From Azolla caroliniana (Eukaryota > Plantae > Polypodiophyta): a DNA stretch of 64,000 bases. This document shows, one piece after another, positions 1 to 11,367 of this stretch (positions are counted from its first letter, which is position 1; each line of letters begins with the position of its first letter). The translations under genes were made by a program, and so were the position numbers. The stretch is taken from contig JBHGNT010000004.1 in assembly GCA_043228905.1 (NCBI GenBank), positions 12,462,001-12,526,000 of the forward strand, in the 5' to 3' direction. The notes under the pieces are model-generated. The model saw only the letters and a program-made list of their open reading frames with translations. It was not told where the DNA came from and did not search any database.

Positions 1-269
1 AAGAATTGACGATGTTTTTTTTTATTTTTGCCCAATACTTTCATATCTCTTGTTGCGTCCTGATAGTTTCATCCCTATCTTGATGATCATTAAGGGGCAA
101 TTCTAAACACCCTCCTTCCCCTTCCATTTGGCTTGACGGGTTTAAACCCTAATTTTCTCGAAAAAAAGACACATATTAAAGATGGCTATGGACAACCATA
201 GTACACAAAAATATTCCACAATACACAAGATTATACAAAACAATACACAAGATAATCAATAGATAAAAT

Positions 270-1095
270 AGTTATTCAAATCCAAGACCGAACAGTGGCA
301 GTAATCCAGGGCCGAATAGTGGCCACAACTGACTGTAGAATGGCGGCAGTGGAGGAGTGACGGCAACAGAGAGTAGAATGGCTTCAATGGAGAAGGAGTG
401 AACTCCTTCGGATTGAAAAGTGGCAGCAATACACGACCAAACAATAGCGCCAACTGAGTGTAGAATGATGGCAATGGATGAGTGAACTCCGTCAAATCGA
501 AAAGTGGCAGCAATCCAAGACCGAACAGTAGCAGCAACTGAGTGTAGAATGATGGCAATGAGGAGTGAACTCCGTCAGATCGAACAGTGGCAGATGAAGC
601 TTGGAACGCACAGTGATGACAACTGAGAGTAGAATGGCGTTAGTGGAAAAGGAGTTAACTCTGTCGGAACAAAAAGTGGCAACAATATACGACCGAACAG
701 TAGCGGCAACTAATTGTAGAATGATGGCAATGGATGAGTGAACTCCGTCAAATCGAAAAGTGGCAGCAATCCAGGACCGAATAGTAGCAGCAACTCAGTG
801 TAGAATGATGGGAGTGGAGGAGTGAACTCCATCAGATCGAACAGTGGCAGATGATGCTTGGAACGCACAGTGATGACAACTGAGAGTAGAATGGCGTTAG
901 TGGAAAAGGAGTTAACTCCGTCGGATCGAAAAGTGGCAACAATATACAACCTTGATAGTAGCGGCAACTGAGTGTAGAGTGGAGGCAATGGAGTGAACTT
1001 GGTAGATGATGCTTGGACTAAACAGTGGTGGCAACTGAGTGTAGAATGGCGGCAATGGAGGAGTGGACTCAACAGGGTTTAGCAACAGTGGTAGT
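270..1095. repeat. Tandem array of ~84-87 bp monomers with a ~257 bp three-monomer higher-order period
   Basis: The unit caactgagtgtagaat...gaactccgtc...aaaagtggcagcaat recurs. The variant gatgacaactgagagtagaatggcgttagtgg occurs at 615 and 872 (offset 257). Minus-strand ORFs 256-558 and 710-1072 repeat a 28-aa Pro/Leu-rich unit. Confidence 0.85.
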
Positions 1096-1382
1096 AATCT
1101 AAGCCAGAATACTCAACTAGAGTTGGCCCACGTGATGTGGCAAAGGATCCTACATAATGGACCTAAAGCTTACAACAAGATGTAAGCCAATGACACCCAT
1201 AAAATCAGAAATCAAGCATATAATCATAATATTTTGGACTAATGAGAGTAGGGTTTCACCCAATAAGAAGGATTTATGCAGGAAACATGTTGGAAGGAGT
1301 CAATACGAGGAGCATCCCATTCATCTTCTTGATCTACCTCAAGTATTTACATTTATCTCAACATTTGTTTTGACTTTTGAGC

Positions 1383-2012
1383 TTAGTTAGTTAGCTTATT
1401 AGCTACCTCCGAATATGACCATACCCAAATAGCTAATTACCTACCTCAGAATATGACCATAGTTAACTAGCTACCAGTAATAGCTAATTAGCTCCCTAAG
1501 AATATCATTGCCAGAATAGCTAATTAGCTACTATTCATAGCTATTTAGCTACCATATTAGCCAATTATATGCCTATAAAAATAGCTAATTAGCTGCTTAT
1601 GACTATAGCTAATTAGCTACCAGAATTGCTAATCCCCTACTAGAATAGCTATTGTACTAAACTATGGTAGTAGTTAATTAACTACTGCATTAAACTATGG
1701 TAGTAGCTAATTAGCTACTGCATTAAACTTTGGTAGTAGCTAATTAGCAACCACTTAGCTAATTATCTACTCATCTAAAGTATGGTCATAGCTAATTAGC
1801 TACCATACTAAACTATGGTAGTAGCTAATTAGCTAGTCACCTAAAGTATGGTAGTAGCTAATTAGCTACCAGTTAGCTAATTAGCGACGCAACTAAAGTA
1901 TGGTACTAGCTAATTAGCAACTATAACTAAAGTATGGTAGTAGCTAATTAGTTCCCACTTCACTATGGTAGTAGCTAATTAGCTACTCATCTAAAGTATG
2001 GTAGAAGATAAT
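1383..2012. repeat. Palindromic satellite (core TAGCTAATTAGCTA; 33 bp and 19 bp units, 52 bp composite), left part of array 1
   Basis: Direct reading, e.g. ctactgcattaaactatggtagtagctaattag with period 33 at 1682/1715. Confidence 0.95.
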
Positions 2013-2440
2013 TGTCATGAAAACATACATCTTGGCCTTACAAGGATTCGAACCAAAGACGTCTTGGTCTATATGTTAAACCTTTAACCATTATAATAAC
2101 ATATATGATGTATAGTTATAAGAAATGTATTATTAGTTATTACAAGATATTTAGAGTATTCTAGAACATTCTAGGATATTCCATGATTATATTAAATATC
2201 ATAAATATCTAAAATAATCTAGAACATTCTAGAATACTCCATAAGGACCTATAAATAGGTGTCTATTCAATCATCACAACTCATTCGGTTCAACACCAGT
2301 TTGTAGCCCCTTAGCCTACTCTTTGTAATCCTTGCTCTCTTATAATATAAACTCTCTTTCTATTTTTAGTGTTCTTTCTCTTTCTTTCTCTCTCTCTATT
2401 GTCATCTTATGTTTCTCTCTCCTATTCTCAAGTCACGACA
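2013..2440 (+). repeat. 5' LTR of chromovirus (428 bp)
   Basis: TG...CA ends, aligns with 6393-6825, TATAAAT at 2250. Confidence 0.95.
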
Positions 2441-2442
2441 GT

Positions 2443-2453
2443 TTGAACCGAAT
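2443..2453 (+). promoter_or_regulatory. Non-tRNA primer binding site TTGAACCGAAT (self-priming type)
   Basis: Exact reverse complement of ATTCGGTTCAA at 2283-2293, which lies 33 nt after the LTR TATA box. No TGG-type tRNA PBS follows the LTR. Confidence 0.8.
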
Positions 2454-2533
2454 ATCTCTCTTTTCTTCTTCTCCAACTTCTTCTTCTTATCTTAACCTTA
2501 TTCAAGAGAATCTTGCAATTTTCTCTCGCAACT

Positions 2534-5500
2534 ATGGAGTCCGTTAGCAAGCAAGAATATATGTGTGTTCTCTCTGAGCTCGACATGCTAACAACCAAAC
2601 TCGTGGCACTAGAGCATGAAAATCAAAGATTGTTGGGAGACCTACAACAAGTAAGTGCTGAGAAAGTACAACAATATGAAGATTTATCTCTACGGGTGCA
2701 TGAATTGGAGACTACTCTATTGGAACGACAAGCGGCGGAAGTTCAAACCTCGCCAAAGGAACCAATTAGATGATGTGTTAAACGAGTAAGTCAATGACTA
2801 GTAGTCCCTGTCATAAAAATACATTTGATGTCTTGAGCCAATTAGATAATGTGTTAAACGAGTAAGTCCTAGGCATTTGGACAACCCTAGGCATGTAACG
2901 TCCGTTCGTAGTTGTGGTTCCATTTCATCCGGTCAAGTTAGTTGAGTTTTCTCTGCACAAGTTGAGCTTAACACATCTAGGTGCCATCGAGTCCCAGCTT
3001 CTGCCCTCTTAGACTCTGGAGCCAACTCTTGTTTCATGGATCGTGAGTTTGTTGTAATGCATAATATTCAGTTGCATAAGCTCCCAAGCCCAATGTCTAT
3101 CGGAGTAATTGATGAACGCCCCATAGCATCAGGTGATATAGTTGAGGAGTCTGAACCAATTTGTGTAGTCCTAGGCAATTTGGTTAGTGTCATCTCATTC
3201 AACATCATTAATAGTCCAGAGCACTCCCTAGTTCTTGGTCTTCCATGGTTTGAGCTACATAACCCAACTATTGATTGGAGAAAAAGAACCATTGAAGAGG
3301 TCACAATACAGTCTAAGTCTCTTAAACATCCAACAAAGGATATGACATTCTAAAAGATTTCGACAATCTCTATACATCAATTACGTGAGGAAGGACGGAA
3401 GGAAGATATGTTGGTGTTCGTAGTTTTAGCAACTCCCACATCGAGCTCATAAGAATCGGAGATCTCCTGCCGGTGCACCCATATTTTTCGTTAAGAAGAA
3501 AGATGGTTCGCTTCATCTGGTCGTGGATTATCGAGGATTGAATAAAGTAACTATTCGAAACCGATATGACATTCCAAAAGATTTCGACAATCTCTATACA
3601 TCAGTTATGTGAGGAAGGACGGAAGGAAGACATGTTGGTGTTCATAGTTTTAGCAACTCCCACATCGAGCTCACAAGAATCGGAGATCTCTTGCCAGTGC
3701 TCCCATATTTTTCCATTAAGAAGAAAGATGGTTTGCTTCGTTTGGTCGTGGATTATCGAGGATTGAATAAAGTAACTATTCGAAACCGATATGCTCTACC
3801 ATTGATTTCGAGCCTTCTAGAACACCTCAGTGGAGCTAAGTATTTCACAAAGTTAGATCTTCGAGGTGCTTACAATCTTGTTCGAATTCATGCTGGGGAT
3901 GAATGGAAGACTGCTTTCCGTACTCGCTATGGCCATTTTGAGTATATAGTGATGCCATTTGGTCTCACGAATGCACCAACAGTTTTCCAACATATGGCGC
4001 ATGTTCCTCGATATTTTCATCATAATTTACCTGGATGATATCTTGATCTACTCAAGAACTCAAGATGATCATGATATACATGTTCGACAAGCTTTACAAC
4101 GGTTGTGTGAATATGGCCTCTATGCAAAATTCGAGAAGTGTAGTTTCAACCAGCGTCAAGTGGAATTTTTGGGGTACATAGTCTCTTCACATGGCATCTC
4201 TATGGATCCAGCAAAGGTTCAAACAGTTTTGGATTGGCAAACACCACAATCTGTGCGAGATGTACAATGTTTTTTAGGGTTTGCAAACTTTTATCGCAAG
4301 TTCATCAAAGATTATTCAAAGATTGTATTGCCCCTCACTCAACTGACATAGAAGAATCGACCATTTGTGTGGTGTATAAATGCAAACTCTGCATTTGAAG
4401 GATTAAAGCAAGCATTTACATCCGCACCAATTTTTATGCATGTTGATCCATTGAAGTGCTTTATACTCGAAGTTGATGCATCCGACTTCGCACTAGGAAG
4501 CCTATTATCCCAGATTAGCAATGATGGCCAACTGCACCCTATGGCTTTTCATTCACGGGAATTCGAAGTTGCAGAAATCAACTATGAGATTCACGACAAA
4601 GAGCTTCTTGCCATTGTGGATTCTTTTCAACAATGGCGTCATTTTTTGGAGGTTTTGTCTCAACAAATCATTGTCTATAATGATCACAAAAATCTAACAT
4701 ACTTCCAAAGTGCTCGAGGCTTGAGTCGTCGACAAGCTCGTTGGGCACAGTTCTTAACTCGTTTGGATTTCGCAATTTTATATCTCCCTGAGATTCAACA
4801 AGAAAAAGTAGATGCTTTATCTCAGCATTCGTATATGGAACTTCAACCAGGAGAGGCCGCATATGAAAGTCAGAAGCAAATCCTCTTGAGTCCTGACTGT
4901 CTACGACTAATGGCATTTCATGCTATAGACACACCCGGGGATTCAAGTCTTCTGGACCATTCGGGAGCATATTGAGACTGATGACATCGCCCAAGATATT
5001 CTGAACCATATTATCCCAGATCGTGCTTCTTGTTCACAATCTCAAAATCCTCGTCAAGACTACAACCAGTTCAATTGGCATGATGGTTTACTTTTTCAAC
5101 AAAATCTCTTATATGTGCCAGATGGTCCTTCTCGACCCCAAGTCTTGCAACAATGTCATGACACACCAATGGCTGGACATTTCGGCATCCACGAGACTTT
5201 GGCGTTAATTTCTCGAAGGTATTGGTGGCCACGATTTTGCCATTTTGTTACGGATTATGTTCGTAGTTGTGATACATGTCGTCGATCCAAAAAACCTCGA
5301 CATCATCCATATGGCTTATTACAACCAATGCCTATTCTTGAGAGTCCATGGAAATCTATTTCATTGGACTTCATTACGGATCTACCACCTTCCAAGGGTT
5401 TTGATTCTATTCTCACAGTAGTAGATCGTTTTACCACGATGGCACATTTTCTTCCCTGCACAAAGGCCATTACGAGCCAAGAGACAGCCGAGTTACTCAT

Positions 5501-6345
5501 GCGAGAGGTGTTTCGGCATCATGGTCTTCTTGATGATATTATCCGTGATCGGGGTCTCCAGTTCATCTCAAAATTTTGGCGGCACATTTTCAAACTCTTA
5601 CATACTTCTTGCAAACTCTCTTCTGGCTACCATCCAGAAACTAATGGGAAAAGTGAGCGAACCAATCAAACAGTAGAACAACATCTTCGTTGTTTTGTCA
5701 ACTATCAACTCAAAACATTCTTCTACTGGATATTCCCCATTTTTTGCAAACATTGGGTACCATCTTCGTTGAACTATGCTTGAACATCCCGAACTCCCGA
5801 CAAACCCGACTCCAAGAAGTTCAAGATATGCTTTTGAATCATTTATGTGATGCTCAAAACACTCAAAAGAAGGTTGCCGACCGTCATTGATGTGATTCAT
5901 CTACTACGTTTCAAGTGGGAGATCGAGTATGGCTTTTACAAGGTCGCATTAAAACAACCCGAGCTTGCTGCAAATTGGATTATCAACATTTTGGCCCATA
6001 TGTGATATATGGTAAGATCAATGATGTGGCATTTCGTGTTGATCTTCCCCGTCATATGCATCTTCACCCGGTCTTCCATGTTTCAGTTTTGGAGCCGTAC
6101 ACAACCAACTCTATTCCAAGCCGTCTTACATCTCCCCCCACCTCCAGTCGAAGTTTCAGATGGCTCCGAATATAAGGTTGTTGCCATTCTTGACTCCAAG
6201 ATCGTTCGCAACAAATTGTATTATTTGGTTGATTGGTTAGGATATACACCTAATGATCGAACATGGGAACCTTCGAGAATCTTGTTAATGCCTCCGAAAT
6301 GGTTCCTGCGTTTCACAACAAATATCCCCATTAGCCAAGTCCGAA
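2534..6345 (+). pseudogene. gag remnant and pol (protease, RT, RNase H, integrase, chromodomain)
   Basis: ALLDSGANSCFMD (~3003), [22 protein letters not shown] (RT), EVDASDFALG...YEIHDKELLA (RNase H), HDTPMAGHFG/PWKSISLDFIT (integrase), YKVVAILDSKIVRNKLYYLVDWLGYTPNDRTWEP (chromodomain, ~6170-6270). Many frameshifts. Confidence 0.92.
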
Positions 6346-6392
6346 ATCTTGTCTTCCGACTCGTGGAACTCGTCGTCGAAAAAGAGGGATAT

Positions 6393-6825
6393 TGTCATGG
6401 AGACATACATCTTGACTTTACAAGGATTCGAACCAAGGACATCTTGCTCTATAATTTAGACCTTTAACCATTATAATAACATATATGATGTATAGTTATA
6501 ATAAATGTATTATTAGTTATTACAAGATGTTTGGAGTATTCTAGAACATTCTAGGATATATTCCATTATTATATTAAATATCATAAATATCTAAAATATA
6601 AATACTCCATAAGGACCTATAAATAGGTGTCTATTCATTCATCACAACTCATTCGGTTCAACACCAGTTTGTAGCCCCTTAGCCTTCTCTTTGTAATCCT
6701 TGCTCTCCTATAATATAAACTCTCTTTCCATTTCTAGTGTTCTCTCTCTCTCTCTCTCTCTCTCTCTCCTTCTCTACCTTCTATTGTCATCTTATGTTTC
6801 TCTCTCCTATTCTCAAGTCACGACA
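6393..6825 (+). repeat. 3' LTR of chromovirus (433 bp)
   Basis: Homologous to 2013-2440 and preceded by the PPT. Confidence 0.95.
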
Positions 6826-7757
6826 CTAATTAGCTAAGTGGCAGCTAATTAGCTATTCTACTAAACTATGGTAGTAACTAATTAGCTTAGTGGTAGCTAA
6901 TTAGCTATTGTACTAAACTATGGTAGTAGCTAATTAGCTACCATTTAGCTACTTAGCTACTATATTAAACAATGGTAGTAGCTAACTAGGTACCACTTAG
7001 CTAAACTATTGTAGTAGCTAATTAGCTACTGTACTAAACTATGGTAGTAGCTAATTAGCTACCAGTTAGCTAATTAGCTACTCAGCTAAAGTATGGTAGT
7101 AGCTAACTAGTAGCTAATTAGGTATTGTACTAAACTATGGTAGTAGCTAATTAGCTACCACTTAGCTAATTACCTACTGCATTAAACTATGGTAGTAGCT
7201 AGTTAGCTACCACTTAGCTAATTAGCTACCATTTAGCTAATTAGCTATTGTACTAAACTATGGTAGTAGCTAATTATCTACCAGTTAGCTAATTAGTGAC
7301 TTAGCTAAAGTATGGTACTAGCTAATTGGCCACTATAACTATAGTGTGGTAGTAGCTAATTAGCTACTGTACTAAACTATGGTAGTAGCTATTTAGCTAC
7401 CACTCAACTAAAGTATGGTAGTAGCTAATTAGCTACCACTTAAGTAATTAGTTACCACTTAGCTAGTTGGCTACTCAGCTAAAGTATGGTAGTAGCTAAC
7501 TGGTAGCTAATTAGCTATTGTACTAAACTATGGTAGTAGCGAATTAGCTACTATACTATAGTAGTAGCTAATTAGCTACCACTTAGCTTATTAGCTATTG
7601 TACTAAACTATGGTAGTAGCTAATTAGGTACCACTTACCTAATTAACTATTGTACTAAACTATGGTAGTAGCTAATTAGCTACCACTTAGCTAATTAGCT
7701 ACTGTACTAAACTATGGTAGTAGCTAATTAGCTACCACTTAGCGATAAAGCTAATAG
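6826..7757. repeat. Palindromic TAGCTAATTAGCTA satellite, right part of array 1
   Basis: The same units as 1383-2012 resume immediately after the LTR and TSD. Confidence 0.95.
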
Positions 7758-10700
7758 GTATGTCTATTTTATTACGAAGGTCAATTTATTTATTAGGTTC
7801 AAGTGAATGCATCCAAATATCAAAGTTCAACTATGAACATTCGGGTCTCTTAAGCCACAGTTTGTGAGACGCATGAAGGATCGATACACATGTTGTTGCA
7901 ATTACCATGTACAAATGGGTTTTCTCAAGGACTCTGTTAATCTACAACATCACGAGAGCGCCTCCCGAACTAATGCAGTTTGCACTTGTGAGTGCCCAAT
8001 TTGTCAATCAAGCCCGCATGAACACTGTAAATCATCTAAGCATGTTATCTCTTCCATGAGTTGTCTTTTATATTCAGTATTGTGTTCGAGAAAAACTAAG
8101 GCCATCTTCCACAGTCATAAATGTGTCATGGGTTTGAGCATGTTATCTCTTCCATGAGTTGTCTTTTAGATTCAGTATTGTGTCCGAGAGAAACTGAGGC
8201 CATCTTGCACAGTCATAAAATTAATGTGTCATGGGTTTATGTCAAGATTGTGGCCCTAGTAGATTTAGATGGTGTCCAAATGAATTGAGTAGTGAAATAT
8301 TAAGCTCCGTCATGTTATTTGAGCCAATTGACACCAATTTCGAAGGAAAGGTGTGTAAAAGAAAATATCTAGTTAGGAAATCGCTTTAAAAACGCCTCCC
8401 TATTTGTAGTATCTTTAGGAAAGTTCATTAAACACAACTTCATTTAACCATGGTAAGCTCATCAGTTTAAGACTTGCATATCTGATTTTCCAAATGATGT
8501 AGTAGTCTCAGTAGTAGATTTCGCAGAGAAATATACTTTCAAGTAGCAAAATGAAATTCAATATATGCATTGGTGTTCAGTGCAGGTAACCATTTTTGTG
8601 CACATAACATATTTTCGAGTTTCAGGTGATGTTAAAAAAGTAATTCATTTTTTTTATTTCTGATGATAAGAAGCATGATACCTTGTTCGCCCAACATTGT
8701 TTTAACTTACATTGGCAATGGTTATTAGCTAAACGTTTGGAGCTTACTCAAGATTGGGTCTGGTTTGAACGATAAGGAAACAGTTAATGGAGAAACAAAA
8801 AAGAATGTTCACTTCACACGTTAAGGACGTGGAGATACTCTGAGTGATGTCTTAAATGTTGGGGATAATTTCGGTGTAAATGTAGAAGAAGACAATTCAG
8901 AGGGTGTTGATTTGTACATATTGAAGTGCATGGTTAGTAAACAGTGTGCAACGCAGAATATATTAGATGCTTGGGGAAATGTTGTATCTACTGAGACATT
9001 CTACATCAAAGGTATTTTTTATGCAAGACTAGATTATTACGATTATGTGTATAGGCTATTAGAAGACAAACCAGTGGCGTACATGTACTCTCATTTGGTC
9101 AGGTGCATCAATGTCCCAATGTTGCAATAAAATAGCTGCTCAGGTTTATACACAGTTAGTGATAATGTGTATGAATGTATTTACAATAGTATGCTATGGA
9201 ATTTGTAGCTACAAGTAGCAATTACCAATTTTCTTGTAAAACAAACAAAGCACATGTATTGCAAATAAACAGTTTAATGGACCTATTTGGGCGTTTGTTT
9301 TTTTATATACAGTATACTTTTTGTGCTTCTTTCTCAATAAAATCGTGTGTCTTTTTTATATACAGTCTTCTTTTTGATATACAGTTTAATAATATCGTTT
9401 AGGGTTCTTCTTTCTGAGATATAGATTTACTGAAGTGAACCATGTACAAGTTAAAATAGTTTGCATAATTTTAAGAAAAAACACTATCATGAAATCAACA
9501 ATCTTGAACATACTCTTAAAATTACACAGTAGATAAGTTATTGAAAACAAGCAATTTAATTCTTCATTGATTAATCTGTCATCAATTTACATATTTATAA
9601 CATCCCATTGCAAATGTCTTCAAATCGCCTATAAACAACTAAGATCTTGCTAGTTAGTGGAACTTCTCTACATATATGATTTGCTTACCGAGCTCGGTAT
9701 GGAGTCCACAACCATGTAGCTAATTGGCAGCTCAATGTTTACACCAAGTAGTGTTCAGGCATTTCATTGGGTAGAATGAGATAGAATCTGCAAATGTTGA
9801 AGTAATGCCGGAAATGTTCTGTATCCAGAATCAACGTACTGACGGCATTATAATTAAGCCAAGTGGCCCAAAAATTAGAAAGTCTTTTGAATCTTGCAAC
9901 ATCCTTCTGGTCACAATTCTCTCGTGTCCACTGACCCTTGAAATGTTGTCACCACTTCGGGAAGAATCTTTCTACACACTTCCACACATCTGTACGTGGT
10001 TTTTCACTCCAAATAAACAAATCAAAGTATTGCACAACCCAGTCTAGAAATTGATTTGCGTCCCTCCTTGGTGTCATATATCTCACACTCATAAGGACTT
10101 TATCAAGCTCCAAGATCAAGGCTCTTCTATCAACTTGTAATGGTTTAGGTTTCCATTCATGTATCTGAGCCTCTGTTACACAAATTACTGGTAGCACACG
10201 ATCAATTTCAATCAACTCAAGTTCTCTTGGCACAATTGGTGTTCTTTTCCTCTTCAAACCCCTGGTCGATTGTGTTGGGCTTGGCTTCACATTCTGGTGC
10301 TCTTGTGTTGTCGACTTAGTCATTGGCTCGGTGCATGTAGATATTGATCTGGTTGATATCAGCCCACTGGTATCACATTCTGCATCTACATGCAAAATCA
10401 GATCATCTGTGCAACATGCTTGATCAACTTGTGTGACCAAGATCATTTGTGTCAGTTGCTACATCTACTTTCAAGATGTGGCCCTCTAAACACGTAGCAA
10501 CATCAACAGTTTCCAAATTGCCATCGGCCTTAGGAGCAATAGATTCAATCCCTTTAGACTCTGCAACATCAGAAAACACCAACATATTCACACACAAAAT
10601 AACTAACAGTCTCACAAAACAATATAATGAACATGAAAGATTTTCCATCATCGAACAACATGAACATAATTATCTTGGAGAAACATCATAGAGTTGCATT

Positions 10701-11367
10701 ACATAATGTGGATCAAGCAACAACCAATCTGAGGTTTTACTTGTCCAAATAGATCATAGTAAAACTTCATAAAACCCTAGGAAAGTTGCTAACAATCATA
10801 TCCCACTAATAAGTAGTTCGCTCAAATTCAAGAGCCCATTGACTGAGTAACTGGTCTTGTCCCTGATCGTGGCCCCTTCTTTAGCCTTTTTCTAGTTGGT
10901 TGCCCATTTAGCCTTGCTCCTTTGACCTTTGACCCATTGCGCAAATGTGTCCTCCTCCGACAACCTTTCCATCACCTCAGCAACGGCTTGCACGTGAACC
11001 GTGTCTTGCGCTAGGTTTTCCAATACAATGAGATCTGTTTGGACATTATCAGTAGTTGGGCTTAGTGGGGTGGAATCAAGGTTTGGGAATCCAAAGAAAT
11101 GTTGCATCAAGTGTTCAAAAACACTATTGTTGTGAACCTTAGATTTACATGTGGTTTCCAATATTTTATGGCCTTTCACATCGTTGCCTAATTCAGTACC
11201 ATCTTCCAAAAGAATAGGGTGGATGGAGCTGATCTGAAGGAGATGTGATGGTAGGACTCTTACTTTCAGCCACGTTGGCAACTATCTCCTCATCGGTTGC
11301 AACGTCATCAACACCAGACTCCTCATGCGCCCTCCTTAATCCACAAGATTCTACAACAACATTGGCT

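Larger units (their letters stand above)
2013..6825 (+). mobile_element. Ty3/gypsy chromovirus (Tcn1/Tf1-sushi-like) LTR retrotransposon, two LTRs, internally deleted
   Basis: LTRs 2013-2440 and 6393-6825 (TGTCA...CGACA), TSD ATAAT/CTAAT (1 mismatch), PPT gaaaaagaggg ~6378-6388, domain order PR-RT-RH-INT-chromodomain. Confidence 0.95.
1157..9208 (+). pseudogene. Sola2-like DDE transposase pseudogene; exon ~1157-1342, intron 1343-7779, exon 7780-9208
   Basis: Exon 1 reads FWTNESRVSPNKKD...HPIHLLDLPQ. A phase-0 join (CAA|gtattt...gaag|GTC) continues VNLFIRFK*MHPNIKV..FGSLKPQFVRRMKDRYTCCCNYHVQM. Later motifs are VVDFAEKYTFK*QNEIQYMHW..QVTIFVH (DFAE at 8517) and ISDDKKHD..FAQHCF, and the C-terminus ends YECIYNSMLWNL* at 9208. 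There are stops, frameshifts, and a deletion of the later catalytic region after ~8730. The family call rests on recalled DFxENY/Q.EIQ..HW motifs. Confidence 0.7.

Noticed and set aside
182-195. atggctatg matching the reverse complement of ~26439-26447 as a possible TIR pair
   Set aside because: The match is only 9 bp, does not extend, and has no TSD.
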